From an uncultured Succinatimonas sp. (lineage in GTDB: Bacteria; Pseudomonadota; Gammaproteobacteria; Enterobacterales; Succinivibrionaceae): DNA of 58,674 nt. This document shows positions 48,472-58,454 of the stretch, one piece after another. The stretch is from NCBI GenBank assembly GCA_905201175.1, contig CAJKNC010000001.1:1-58674 (forward strand). The letters are read 5' to 3'. Under the pieces are notes generated by a model, which saw nothing but the letters and a program-made list of their open reading frames with translations, searched no databases and was not told the DNA's origin. The position numbers and the translations under genes are program-made. Each line of letters opens with the position of its first letter. Position 1 is the first letter of the stretch.

Positions 48472-49563
48472 ATGCATTGTGACACTAAAACAATCATTGA
48501 AAGCCTAAATACAGCAGTACTTATTACCGACAGTTCCTTAAAAATCATCTTTGCCAATGTTGCCGCTGAGCAATTATTAGGAATGTCGCGAACTCGCCTT
48601 TATACTTTAAAGTTTAATGAGCTTATTGATAAAGAAGAAATTTCTCTGTTAAATGCAATAACTGACAATAATACTAAACAGGCTTCTCCAGGCTTTATTG
48701 CTACTGGTATTTTATTATCTCCAGAGCCGGGCCGTTCTCTTGAAGTATCCTTAAGCTTCAGCCCCTATCCGTCTAAACGAGGAGCTTTAATTTTTGAAAT
48801 TTACTCGCAGCATCATCAAGAACGGCTTATTGCCGAGCAGAGCATGCGTGAACAGCACAACGCCGCCCGCAGTCTTATTCGTTCTTTAGCCCATGAAATT
48901 AAAAATCCTTTAGGGGGAATTCGCGGCGCAGCTCAACTTTTAGAAATGAGCTATGGCCATATTGAAGGCATGAAGGATTATACAAAGGTTATTATTGAGC
49001 AGACAGATCGTTTAAAAGATCTGGTCGATAAATTATTAGGACCTCAAAGACCTAATCCTTTAGTGCCGGCAAATATTCATTTTGTAATTGAAAAAGTTTT
49101 AGCTTTAGTCAGCATGCAGCCCTTAGGAGATATTCGTATTCAAAAAGACTACGACCCTTCCTTGCCTGAATTAGACTTAGACATTGATTCTATTCAGCAG
49201 GTATTGCTCAATATCATCAATAATGCCATTCAGGCACTGCAGCAGGCACATACTCCTTATCCGGTGATTAAGGTTAAGACACGTGCAAGCTTGCACAATA
49301 TTATTAACAATAAACGTTATCCGATTTCAGTAGAAATCTCCATTATAAATAATGGGCCACAAATCCCAGAAAATCTCAGGCAGAAAATTTTTTATCCAAT
49401 GGTGACAACAAAAAGTGATGGTAATGGCCTAGGTTTATCCATAGCACAAAATATTGTCGAACGTCACAATGGTGTATTGAAATGTACATCTACACCTCAA
49501 CAAACCTGTTTTAAAATTATTCTCCCGCTGATTACAGCGAAAAAACACAGTGAGGAACAATAA
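48472..49563 (+). CDS. glnL: Nitrogen regulation sensor kinase NtrB
   Basis: PAS N-terminus, H-box 'LAHEIKNPLGGIRGAAQLL', 'KDYDPSLPE', 'IFYPMVT', 'GNGLGL'. Confidence 0.92.
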   Translation: MHCDTKTIIESLNTAVLITDSSLKIIFANVAAEQLLGMSRTRLYTLKFNELIDKEEISLLNAITDNNTKQASPGFIATGILLSPEPGRSLEVSLSFSPYPSKRGALIFEIYSQHHQERLIAEQSMREQHNAARSLIRSLAHEIKNPLGGIRGAAQLLEMSYGHIEGMKDYTKVIIEQTDRLKDLVDKLLGPQRPNPLVPANIHFVIEKVLALVSMQPLGDIRIQKDYDPSLPELDLDIDSIQQVLLNIINNAIQALQQAHTPYPVIKVKTRASLHNIINNKRYPISVEISIINNGPQIPENLRQKIFYPMVTTKSDGNGLGLSIAQNIVERHNGVLKCTSTPQQTCFKIILPLITAKKHSEEQ

Positions 49564-49564
49564 T

Positions 49565-50998
49565 ATGGATCCTATGATTTGGGTTGTCGATGATGACAAC
49601 AGTATCAGATTCGTTTTTGAAAAAGCCCTTGCAGTAAATCATATACATTTTCGTATTTTTGAAAGTGGCGATGCTGCTTTAGAAGCTATGAAAGAAGAAC
49701 ATCCTGATGTTATTATCTCTGATATTCGCATGCCCGGCACTGACGGTTTACAGCTGATTAAAGAAGTACATAAAATCGATGCCAATATCCCTGTTATTAT
49801 TATGACAGCTCATAGCGATTTAACTGCCGCTATTGATTCTTATGAATCAGGTACTTTCGAATACTTGCCAAAGCCTTTTGATATTGAACAGGCTATATCT
49901 GTAATCAGAAGGGCTGCTGTACACAGAGTAAATATGCTGCGCCTAGCTGAGGAAAAAAATAATCAGACCCAGCCGCAGAGCAATCCTAAAGATGAGGCCG
50001 AAATTATCGGAAAATCACCAGCAATGCAGGAGGTTTTCAAATGTATCGGCCGTATTGCTAAAACGCATTTGCCCGTACTTATACATGGTGAAGTTGGAAC
50101 AGGAAGATCTTTAGTCGCTGCTACTTTACATAATCATAGTGATCGCAGCCAGAAGCCGTTTATTTCCCTGAATATGTCCACAATGCCCCAGGAAAATATC
50201 AAAACTGAAATTTTTGGTGATTCTCGGCAAGACATCAGCCATTGCGCCCTTTTACGCGCTCAAGGAGGCACACTATTCATAAACGAAATCTGCGGAATGC
50301 CTTTAGATGCTCAAACCCGTTTATTGCAGGTTTTAGAACATCAGGAATTCTTACCTGTAGGAGCTACAACCCCGATTAAAGTAGATGTTCGTATTCTTGC
50401 TGCTACATCAGCTAATTTAGAGCAAAAAATAGCCGCAGGTACTTTTGTATCTGATCTTTTCTATCGTCTTAATGTTATCAATATCAATATGCCCCCCTTA
50501 AGGGATCGCAATAACGATATTCCTATGCTGGCAAAACATTTTTTAGCTCAAAGTGCAATTGAAAACAAAACTGAGCCAAAAAAATTAACTTCAGAAGTTC
50601 TAGTATTCTTATGCCGTCAGTCTTGGCCTGGGAATGTAAGACAGCTTAAAAACTTATGTAAATATTTAACCATCATGGTTACCGGCCGCGATATTCAGCT
50701 AGTTGACTTACCATCAGAATTTTTGCATTCTAACAATAATCAGGTAAATGTAGCTACCTCTATAAATGGATCATCATGCGAAAATACCTCTTGGCAGGAA
50801 CTTTTACGCAACTGGGTTGATGGCCGGCTAAAGGCAGGAGAACATGATATATTATCCGAAGCCGTACCAGAGTTTGAAAGAGTAATGCTTGAAGCTACTC
50901 TAGCCTTCACAGGAAATCACAAGCAAGAATCCGCCAGACTTTTAGGCTGGGGACGCAATACTTTAACTCGTAAAATTAAAGATTTAAATTTAAAATAA
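49565..50998 (+). CDS. glnG: NtrC-like response regulator with a degenerate sigma54-interaction/AAA+ domain
   Basis: Receiver 'WVVDDD', 'SDIRMPG', 'IMTAHSDL', 'EYLPKPFD'. C-terminal HTH 'HKQESARLLGWGRNTLTRK'. Walker A reads GEVGTGRS, GAFTGA is absent, Walker B reads LFINEI. Confidence 0.88.
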   Translation: MDPMIWVVDDDNSIRFVFEKALAVNHIHFRIFESGDAALEAMKEEHPDVIISDIRMPGTDGLQLIKEVHKIDANIPVIIMTAHSDLTAAIDSYESGTFEYLPKPFDIEQAISVIRRAAVHRVNMLRLAEEKNNQTQPQSNPKDEAEIIGKSPAMQEVFKCIGRIAKTHLPVLIHGEVGTGRSLVAATLHNHSDRSQKPFISLNMSTMPQENIKTEIFGDSRQDISHCALLRAQGGTLFINEICGMPLDAQTRLLQVLEHQEFLPVGATTPIKVDVRILAATSANLEQKIAAGTFVSDLFYRLNVININMPPLRDRNNDIPMLAKHFLAQSAIENKTEPKKLTSEVLVFLCRQSWPGNVRQLKNLCKYLTIMVTGRDIQLVDLPSEFLHSNNNQVNVATSINGSSCENTSWQELLRNWVDGRLKAGEHDILSEAVPEFERVMLEATLAFTGNHKQESARLLGWGRNTLTRKIKDLNLK

Positions 50999-51003
50999 AA
51001 ATA

Positions 51004-51029
51004 AAAGCTTGCCTATTTAGGCAAGCTTT
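51004..51029 (+). terminator. Hairpin terminator after glnG
   Basis: AAAGCTTGCCTA-tt-TAGGCAAGCTTT. Confidence 0.7.
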
Positions 51030-51178
51030 GCCCTTTTAAATAATATTTTAGCCTTGACGCTTTTCTGATAAAATCAAATTTTTATAAAAATTCCATAAAT
51101 CAAACACCCCTCTTTTATTTATTTTGGGTAAAATTACCTGCAAAATGTCATTTACAAGCAATTAGTGGACCGCAAGAC

Positions 51179-51832
51179 ATGACCGACAAGCTTGAAGAAA
51201 AAAAATTAGATTTTCGCAAAACCCACTTTGTCACAAGTGCAGCAAAGCTGTCTCAGCTTCCTGAGGACAACGGCTCTGAAATAGCCTTTATAGGCAGATC
51301 TAATTCTGGCAAATCATCATCTTTAAATGCTATTTGTGATCAAAAACATTTAGCTAAAACCAGTCGTACTCCAGGCCGCACTCGTCTTATAAATCTATTT
51401 GAAGTTGCTCCTGGAAAAACTTTAGTTGATCTTCCTGGCTACGGTTATGCTGCTGTTCCTGAAGCAATGAAAAAGCAATGGCAAGATTCATTAACACAGT
51501 ACCTGCAAAAAAGAAGAGCTCTTCGCGGTATTGTAATTACTATGGATATTAGGACTCCATTACGTGATCACGATAGACTAATTATTGACTGGTCAGTAGC
51601 TGCCAATTTACAAACATTAATTCTTTTAACAAAGGCTGATAAATTTGGCGTAAATAAACGCAGGGAAGCGATGGGAGAGCTTAAGGTTCAATTAAGCGAG
51701 TTTGGCGGTAATTTCACCGTGATACCTTTCTCTGCATTAAAAAAAATCGGTATTGATGAAGCAAGAACCATCTTAAATCGCTGGTTCTCAATGTTTCCGG
51801 ATCTGAATACCTCTAATATGGAGCAAGCATAG
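51179..51832 (+). CDS. engB: Ribosome biogenesis GTPase YihA/EngB
   Basis: 'GRSNSGKSS', 'KTSRTPGRT', 'VDLPGYGYA', 'LTKADK'. Confidence 0.95.
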   Translation: MTDKLEEKKLDFRKTHFVTSAAKLSQLPEDNGSEIAFIGRSNSGKSSSLNAICDQKHLAKTSRTPGRTRLINLFEVAPGKTLVDLPGYGYAAVPEAMKKQWQDSLTQYLQKRRALRGIVITMDIRTPLRDHDRLIIDWSVAANLQTLILLTKADKFGVNKRREAMGELKVQLSEFGGNFTVIPFSALKKIGIDEARTILNRWFSMFPDLNTSNMEQA

Positions 51833-52449
51833 TGACTAAAGGAACCTTATTTATTATTTCTGCACCTAGCGGGGCAGGCAAATCTTCTCTTATAAATGCA
51901 CTTTTAGAAAGATTTAATCTTGATGATAAATTAAGATTATCTGTATCTCACACTACCAGAGAAATGCGTCCTGGTGAAATTAATCATGTCAGCTATCACT
52001 TTGTCTCTCAGGAAGAATTTGATGCCTTAGTCGCACGTAATGCTTTTTACGAACATGCAAAAGTCTTTGAAAATTCTTACGGAACTTCCAGGGAAATTGT
52101 TGAGCAATGGTTAAATGAGGGCCATGATGTCCTACTTGATATAGATTGGCAAGGAGCTAGACAAATCAGGAAACAAACCCCTAATGCTCAAGGAATTTTT
52201 ATTATTCCTCCATCCCTTGAAGAATTAGAGCGGCGACTAGTTAACCGCGGGACTGACAGTGCTGAAACCATTCATAAACGGATGTTAAAAGCTGCTAATG
52301 AAATTTCTCACGCAAATGAATATGAGCATATTATTATAAATGACGATTTTGAACAAAGCCTTTTAATTTTAAGATCAATCATATTAGCTAATCGCTATTT
52401 ACGCGAGAATATCTTAGAACAAGTAGAATCCATGTTTCCTAAGCCTTAG
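51832..52449 (+). CDS. gmk: Guanylate kinase
   Basis: 'SAPSGAGKSS', 'SHTTR', 'YGTS', 'LDIDWQGARQ'. Confidence 0.97.
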   Translation: MTKGTLFIISAPSGAGKSSLINALLERFNLDDKLRLSVSHTTREMRPGEINHVSYHFVSQEEFDALVARNAFYEHAKVFENSYGTSREIVEQWLNEGHDVLLDIDWQGARQIRKQTPNAQGIFIIPPSLEELERRLVNRGTDSAETIHKRMLKAANEISHANEYEHIIINDDFEQSLLILRSIILANRYLRENILEQVESMFPKP

Positions 52450-52638
52450 GCTTATACAAATTAAAGGCATTTGTGTATAATTGACAGGATCTATATCCTG
52501 TTTATTACTTAATCAAAGTTTTTAATACAGAATTTTTTATTTTTAGTGCAGCCTTAGCACATAACGATATAAAGACCTAAAATATAAATGTCGTTTATAA
52601 AAATTTTTAAAGACTGCATTCTTACACAGGTAAAAAAA

Positions 52639-52923
52639 ATGGCAAGAGTTACAGTTGAAGATGCCGTAAATAAAGTAGGCAATCGTTTTGATCTGGCTCT
52701 GCTCGCTGCAAGACGTGCAAGACAAATCTCCTTAGGAAGCAAACCATTAGTCGATGAAGAAAGAGATAAGCCTACCGTAATTGCCCTACGCGAAATTGAA
52801 GAAGGTTTAATTACCGGAGAATTCTTAGATAAACAAGATCGCAAAGAGCATTTACGCGATAGTTCTGCTCATCCAAGCGATAATGAGTTTGCCCCTATCG
52901 ATGGTGTAGAGATGTTCAACTAG
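52639..52923 (+). CDS. rpoZ: RNA polymerase omega subunit
   Basis: '[19 protein letters not shown]', '[14 protein letters not shown]'. ATG at 52639. Confidence 0.96.
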   Translation: MARVTVEDAVNKVGNRFDLALLAARRARQISLGSKPLVDEERDKPTVIALREIEEGLITGEFLDKQDRKEHLRDSSAHPSDNEFAPIDGVEMFN

Positions 52924-52939
52924 ATAATAGGTATGAAGT

Positions 52940-55105
52940 ATGGGAGAGAGCATTTACCAAATTTTGGAACAAGGTCAGAGTGCAACCTCGATTGCCTTAG
53001 CCTCTCCTAACCTTCATTACTATGCTCATCTGCGCGAGATCTTTTCCTCCTATTTAAGCGCAGATAATATTGCAGCTGTTGACAAAGCTTTTGTTGTAGC
53101 AGATTTTGCACATGCTCCTCAGCGCCGGGCCTCAGGTGAGCCGTATATTATCCATCCTATTGCTGTAGCTACTATCATTGCACAAATGCATTTGGATACG
53201 GAATCGATACAGGCCGCTTTATTACATGATGTTGTTGAAGATACCAGCATTGAAGATGAAGATCTAGAAAAGCTCTTTGGTCCAACTGTAAAAGAACTGG
53301 TTGAAGGTGTAACAAAGCTTGATAAATTACGCTTTCATGATTACAAAGAAGCTCAGGCTGAAAACTTCCGCAAAATGATCCTTGCTATGACTAAGGATAT
53401 TCGCGTTATTCTTATAAAATTAGCGGATCGTACTCATAATATGAGGACCTTAGGTGCTCTGCGGCCTGATAAACGTAAGCGTATTGCTCAAGAGACATTG
53501 GATGTTTTTACTCCTATAGCCAACCGCTTAGGTATTTCTGACATTAAGGCTGAACTTGAAGAGCTGGGCATGGCTGCGCTATACCCCATGCGCTACCGCG
53601 TCTTAAAATCTGCAGTAATGCGTGCCAGAAATAATCGTAAAGAAGTAGTAAACTCCATTCTTGAAACCATCAAAACACGTTTAAAAGAAGCTGGGATTCA
53701 AGCCCGAGTTTTAGGCAGGGAAAAGCGTCTTTTATCCATATATAAAAAAATGGTTAATAAAGAGTTGCAGTTCCGTGAAATTATGGACGTTTATGCCTTT
53801 AGAATCATTATAAAAGATGTTGATACCTGTTATAGGGTATTAGGGCAAATGCATAACCTTTTTAAGCCTAGACCCAATGGATTTAAAGACTATATCGCTA
53901 TTCCTAAGATTAATGGCTATCAATCTCTGCATACCTCGCTTATAGGGCCTCATGGCGTACCGCTGGAAATTCAAATTCGCACTGAATTTATGGATCAAAT
54001 GGCAGCTCGTGGCGTAGCTGCACATTGGTCATATAAGGAATCAGGCTCTAAACCTGTATCCACAGCCTCGCAGAAGAATGCTCAAGTTTGGATTAAAAAT
54101 CTTATAGATTTGCAGCAAAGTGCCGGCAGCTCCATGGAGTTTGTCGAAGAGGTAAAAAAAGATCTATTTCCGGATTCAATCTTTGTATTTTCTCCTGAGG
54201 GTAAAATATACAATCTCCCTACTGGCTCAACTCCTGTAGATTTCGCTTTTGCAGTACATACAGATATAGGCTTACACTGCATTGGTGCCAGTGTTAACCA
54301 CCATATGTATCCTCTCTCGCGCCCCTTAGAATCAGGCCAAAGCGTAGAAATTTTATTATCTCCTACTGCCAGACCAAATGCTATTTGGCTATCAAGCGTA
54401 GTAACCTCCAGAGCTCGTTCTAAAATTAGGCAATATCTTAAAGGCTTACGCAGTCAAGAATGTGAACTTATCGGCAGACGCTTGGTACAAAATGCCCTCC
54501 GCGCAATAAAGCTTATCTCCTTAAGTGATGAACAAGTCAAAGCTTTACTGGCTAATTTTCATCAAAAAGATATGTGTGAGCTTTACGTTAATGTCGCATT
54601 GGGCAATATCTTACCTATAGCCATTACTAAATTTCTTGATCCTCAGCAGCACAATCAGAATAATTTGCCAATTAAAGGCACGGGCGGCGTCCCTTATACT
54701 TTTGCACAATGCTGCTTGCCGATTCCAGGTGATGACATAATTGCTCATCTTGCTCAAGGACGTGGTTTAGTAATCCATAATATTAACTGCCATAATTTAA
54801 GGGATATCGATAAAGATCCAACTAAATCCTTAAAAGTACGCTGGGATCTTTCTGTTACAGCAAATATGGAATTTAAGACAGGCCTTCTAATTGAACTTGA
54901 AAACCGTCAAGGCATAGTTTCTGAAATTTCCAATGCTATTGATGTCGCTGGATCAAGGATTGAAAGTATTAATTCAGATATTAAAGATGAAAAGACTTTC
55001 ATTATAAATCTGGTCATCACTGTTCGTGACCGTTTGCACCTGGCTGGTGTCATTAAAAATATCAAGGCAGTACCAAACGTTATAAGTATCCACCGTCGCC
55101 GCTAA
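52940..55105 (+). CDS. spoT: Bifunctional (p)ppGpp synthetase/hydrolase
   Basis: 'QRRASGEPYIIHP', intact HD motif 'LHDVVEDT', 'KLADRTHNMRTL', 'YQSLHT', TGS and ACT domains. gmk-rpoZ-spoT order. Confidence 0.96.
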   Translation: MGESIYQILEQGQSATSIALASPNLHYYAHLREIFSSYLSADNIAAVDKAFVVADFAHAPQRRASGEPYIIHPIAVATIIAQMHLDTESIQAALLHDVVEDTSIEDEDLEKLFGPTVKELVEGVTKLDKLRFHDYKEAQAENFRKMILAMTKDIRVILIKLADRTHNMRTLGALRPDKRKRIAQETLDVFTPIANRLGISDIKAELEELGMAALYPMRYRVLKSAVMRARNNRKEVVNSILETIKTRLKEAGIQARVLGREKRLLSIYKKMVNKELQFREIMDVYAFRIIIKDVDTCYRVLGQMHNLFKPRPNGFKDYIAIPKINGYQSLHTSLIGPHGVPLEIQIRTEFMDQMAARGVAAHWSYKESGSKPVSTASQKNAQVWIKNLIDLQQSAGSSMEFVEEVKKDLFPDSIFVFSPEGKIYNLPTGSTPVDFAFAVHTDIGLHCIGASVNHHMYPLSRPLESGQSVEILLSPTARPNAIWLSSVVTSRARSKIRQYLKGLRSQECELIGRRLVQNALRAIKLISLSDEQVKALLANFHQKDMCELYVNVALGNILPIAITKFLDPQQHNQNNLPIKGTGGVPYTFAQCCLPIPGDDIIAHLAQGRGLVIHNINCHNLRDIDKDPTKSLKVRWDLSVTANMEFKTGLLIELENRQGIVSEISNAIDVAGSRIESINSDIKDEKTFIINLVITVRDRLHLAGVIKNIKAVPNVISIHRRR

Positions 55106-55132
55106 ATATAAGCCTTCAAAATAGGAGAGCCT

Positions 55133-56113
55133 ATGTCGGAGAGCTTTGCCAATCTCTTACTAAAAGAACAAAATCTTCTTAAAAATCAAGCTAATATTGA
55201 AGATTTTTTTAATCACAAAATTATAAAACATAGTTTTATACACCCTAATGGTTTAACTCTGACCGCTCTGGAACTACCAGGAAATCCTCTGCATACTCTA
55301 GTTATCATCCCAGGTAGAGGCGAGATAGGACATAAATATGCAGAATTTTTATTTAGTCTGCGCTCCCTTAATTGGCGGATCTTAATTCTGTTTTGCAGAG
55401 GCCAAGGTAGTTCGACTCGACTTTTAGCTGATATAAATCGCTGTCACATCGATAAATTTGAATATTTTCGAGCAGATATTCAGTTTCTGCTTAGCAAACT
55501 AGGTGTAAAGGAATACCGGCTTATGGCGTTTTCCTTAGGAGCTTTAATAAGTCTGGATTTAATTGTAAATGGCAATCATATCCCGAAAAAAGCAGCTCTA
55601 TTAGCTCCCTATGTTTATCCTTATTTTCCCTTGCCTAAGCTTGTTTTACGTACGCTTATATTAGGACTAGGAATGCTCCCTTTATCTAAAATATCTTATA
55701 CCCCGCATGGGGGCAGGTATAAAAGGATCCCTTTTGCAGATAATAATCATTCTCATAGTGAAATTCGCTACAATCTTTACCATGATTATTATGCAGCTCA
55801 TCCTGAACTTACTATTGGCGGACCTACCTGGGGTTTTTTAAGACAAGCGTATTTAACCCAAATGAATCTTATTCATAAAAATTTCAAATTTAAAATACCT
55901 ATAATGAGTATACTTGCAGGTGATGATAAAGTTGTATCTTCACAAGTAGCTTTTGAATTCTTTAAAAAACACGCTAATGACTGCTTGGGGTCCAAGATTA
56001 TCAGCATTGAGAATGCTTATCATGATTTACTCAATGAATCTGATAAATATAGGATACAATCATTGCCACAAGCTTTAAAATTTTTAGAATCTGGAGAGGA
56101 AAATGTCTGTTGA
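55133..56113 (+). CDS. Alpha/beta hydrolase, lysophospholipase L2 (PldB)-like
   Basis: 'PGRGE...KYAE', 'RGQGSSTR', nucleophile elbow 'AFSLG', 'GGPTWG', 'AGDDKVV', 'AYHDLLNESD'. Confidence 0.8.
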   Translation: MSESFANLLLKEQNLLKNQANIEDFFNHKIIKHSFIHPNGLTLTALELPGNPLHTLVIIPGRGEIGHKYAEFLFSLRSLNWRILILFCRGQGSSTRLLADINRCHIDKFEYFRADIQFLLSKLGVKEYRLMAFSLGALISLDLIVNGNHIPKKAALLAPYVYPYFPLPKLVLRTLILGLGMLPLSKISYTPHGGRYKRIPFADNNHSHSEIRYNLYHDYYAAHPELTIGGPTWGFLRQAYLTQMNLIHKNFKFKIPIMSILAGDDKVVSSQVAFEFFKKHANDCLGSKIISIENAYHDLLNESDKYRIQSLPQALKFLESGEENVC

Positions 56114-57272
56114 GGAAAATAATATTCAGAATGAAAATTTAATTCCTATCAATATTATTACCGGTTTTCTTGGTAGTGGAAAAACTACTCTCTTAAACCA
56201 TTGGGTGCAAAGTAGCGATTTCAAGGATACCCTAGTTTTAATAAATGAATTTGGCGATGTAGGTCTTGATCATGAATTGGTACAATCTGTCGATGATTCC
56301 GTGGTTTTACTGCAATCAGGATGTATCTGCTGTTCCTTACAAGGCGCACTCATTGACTGCTTAGCCCAAAATTACGTCAAAGCCATGCGTGGCGATATTC
56401 CTAAATTCAAGCGTGTACTTATTGAAACAACCGGACTTGCAGATCCTGCTGGAGTAATTGCCACTTTAAATGGTGATGAGTTCTTATTAGATCATTTTTA
56501 CTATGACGGTACAGTTACTGTTTTAGATGGAAAATACATTCGTAATCAATTAGAAAAGCAATATGAAGCAGTAAAACAAATTGCATTAGCAGATATCATC
56601 TTAGTCAGCAAAACTGATCTAATTGACTCAGATGAACTTGATGCTATTTATGAAATCGCCCAAAAAATCAATCCTTCAGCTCATATTTACCCTCAAGTAA
56701 AAGGCAATTTTGACCCTCATGCTCTTTTTGAAATTGGTCCTTATAAAACAGCAAATCAGGATTATGACGAAAAAGTTAAAAGCTGGCTAAATATTAAAAG
56801 TCAAAAGATTGCTTCTTCTTTTAGGCCTGCTACGGTTTCAGGTGCTGTAGGAGTTGCTAAACCTCGTATTATTGCTCACTCTGATATCGATTCTTTTGCC
56901 CTTGAAGTTGAAGAGCCTATAGATTCCTTAGCGCTCCTAGCTGCAATTACTGGAGTTCAGGAAAACTTTGGAGACTCTATTTTACGTATTAAAGGTATTT
57001 TAAACCTTAAAGATCAAACTAAGCCTATTGTTATTCATGGAGTTCAAGGACAGCTTTATCCCTTGTCTGCACTTAACGATTGGCCTGAAGGGGAACACAG
57101 TTCAAAACTAGTCTTTATATGCAGAGCTTCTGTTTTAGAACAAGTAAAAACTATGTTTGAGTCTATGCTGAAGAATCCTGACAAAGCCGCTATGGTTTAT
57201 TATGAGCAGCTTCTAGGAAATATAGATAGCCCTGAAGATAATGTTGCCACTGATGATTATGGTCTTAAATAA
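56103..57272 (+). CDS. CobW/COG0523 family metallochaperone GTPase
   Basis: 'ITGFLGSGKTT', 'NEFG', 'GCICC', 'IETTGLADP', C-terminal 'LRIKG...IHGVQ'. Confidence 0.92.
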   Translation: MSVEENNIQNENLIPINIITGFLGSGKTTLLNHWVQSSDFKDTLVLINEFGDVGLDHELVQSVDDSVVLLQSGCICCSLQGALIDCLAQNYVKAMRGDIPKFKRVLIETTGLADPAGVIATLNGDEFLLDHFYYDGTVTVLDGKYIRNQLEKQYEAVKQIALADIILVSKTDLIDSDELDAIYEIAQKINPSAHIYPQVKGNFDPHALFEIGPYKTANQDYDEKVKSWLNIKSQKIASSFRPATVSGAVGVAKPRIIAHSDIDSFALEVEEPIDSLALLAAITGVQENFGDSILRIKGILNLKDQTKPIVIHGVQGQLYPLSALNDWPEGEHSSKLVFICRASVLEQVKTMFESMLKNPDKAAMVYYEQLLGNIDSPEDNVATDDYGLK

Positions 57273-57314
57273 AAATTTATAGCAAGCTAAATTTATAAAA
57301 TAATAAGCTGCAAT

Positions 57315-57351
57315 AATATCCTCTAGCATAAAAATGCAGAGGGTATTTTTA
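57315..57351 (+). terminator. Probable terminator after the CobW gene
   Basis: AATATCCTCT-A-GCAT...ATGC-AGAGGGTATT followed by TTT. Confidence 0.6.
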
Positions 57352-57382
57352 TATGTCCTAAAGCTAAGCTTTAATTGTATTC

Positions 57383-57420
57383 AAAAATAAAAACCCCTGA
57401 CAATGCATCAGGGTTTTTTT
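57383..57420 (-). terminator. Intrinsic terminator after ompA
   Basis: Minus strand AAAAAAACCCTGA-tgcattg-TCAGGGGTTTTTATTTTT. Confidence 0.8.
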
Positions 57421-57440
57421 AACTAATTAAATTTGTTTAA

Positions 57441-58454
57441 TTAGATCTGCTGCTCTTTGGTAATATCACCAGAAACAACGATTTCAACACGGCGATCTGG
57501 AGCTAAACAATCAATAACTGCCTGCTTGCCCTTAACAGAGTCACACTTATTTCCTGTTACAGGATTAGCCTTACCGCGTCCTTCAACAGTCTTTAAGCTA
57601 GTAACGCCAGCAGCATTTAACTCAGCTGCAACTGCATTAGCACGCTTCTCAGAAAGCTTCTGATTATAGGCATCACTACCAATACGATCAGTATAACCAT
57701 ATACCTCAAACTCGGTATTAGAAAGCTTAGCAGAATCAGCTACAACTTGATCTACAGCCTGCTTGCCTTGAGCACTTAACTCAGAACCATCAAATGGGAA
57801 TAAAGTTTGAGCATCTAAAGAATGACTCTCAGTTATGCGGACGGTTTGAGGAGCTGCTACTGGAGCTGGGGCTGCTACAGAAGGGCCGCCAAAAGTGAAC
57901 TGGAAGCCAGCATAGAGATAGCCTAAGTCAGAATCAACTCCATTCTCATCATAAGTATTGAAGTAATAGTCATAACCTACACGAGCTGAGAAATTCTTAG
58001 TAAATGCATACTGAGCACCTACACCGATAACCGGAGCCAAAGATTCTTCTGAGCTAGCATTATCAGGATCAGCAAAGAAGTAAGCTAATCCGGCTCTAGC
58101 AAAAATATCAGAACCCTTGTCATCAAAACTATAGGCAAAGCGAGCGTAAATTTCTGGAGCATATGCATCGATATCACCAGTGGCACCTGAAGCATTACGC
58201 TTGTACTCAAAGCCATCAAAATAGTTAAAGCCTACACCAAGACCGAACCAATTGGTGAAATTATATTCACCGTATAGTCCAACACCATAGCCATCCTCTT
58301 CAGATACATCAATGGCATTAGAATCATCAGAATATAGATGAGCCCAACCGCCACGTACACCGAAGGTAGCTGACTGCTCTAAAGCAGCATTAGCAACAAA
58401 AGAAGTAGTAGCTAAGCAAGCGGCAATAGATAAAGCTAAAAATTTAGTCTTCAT
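57441..58454 (-). CDS. ompA: OmpA-family outer membrane protein
   Basis: Signal peptide 'MKTKFLALSIAACL', beta-barrel strands, 'APAPVAAP' hinge, peptidoglycan-binding 'GYTDRIGSDAYNQKLSEKRA', 'CLAPDRRVEI'. ATG at 58454. Confidence 0.93.
   Translation of the reverse strand: MKTKFLALSIAACLATTSFVANAALEQSATFGVRGGWAHLYSDDSNAIDVSEEDGYGVGLYGEYNFTNWFGLGVGFNYFDGFEYKRNASGATGDIDAYAPEIYARFAYSFDDKGSDIFARAGLAYFFADPDNASSEESLAPVIGVGAQYAFTKNFSARVGYDYYFNTYDENGVDSDLGYLYAGFQFTFGGPSVAAPAPVAAPQTVRITESHSLDAQTLFPFDGSELSAQGKQAVDQVVADSAKLSNTEFEVYGYTDRIGSDAYNQKLSEKRANAVAAELNAAGVTSLKTVEGRGKANPVTGNKCDSVKGKQAVIDCLAPDRRVEIVVSGDITKEQQI

Noticed and set aside
2747..57663. Short alternative-frame and antisense ORFs in the track (e.g. 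6044-6310, 7157-7402, 9691-10026, 22104-22391, 26095-26545, 47154-47402, 47967-48269, 52543-52844, 57457-57663)
   Set aside because: All lie within or mostly overlap well-supported genes and show no recognisable motifs; they are shadow ORFs.
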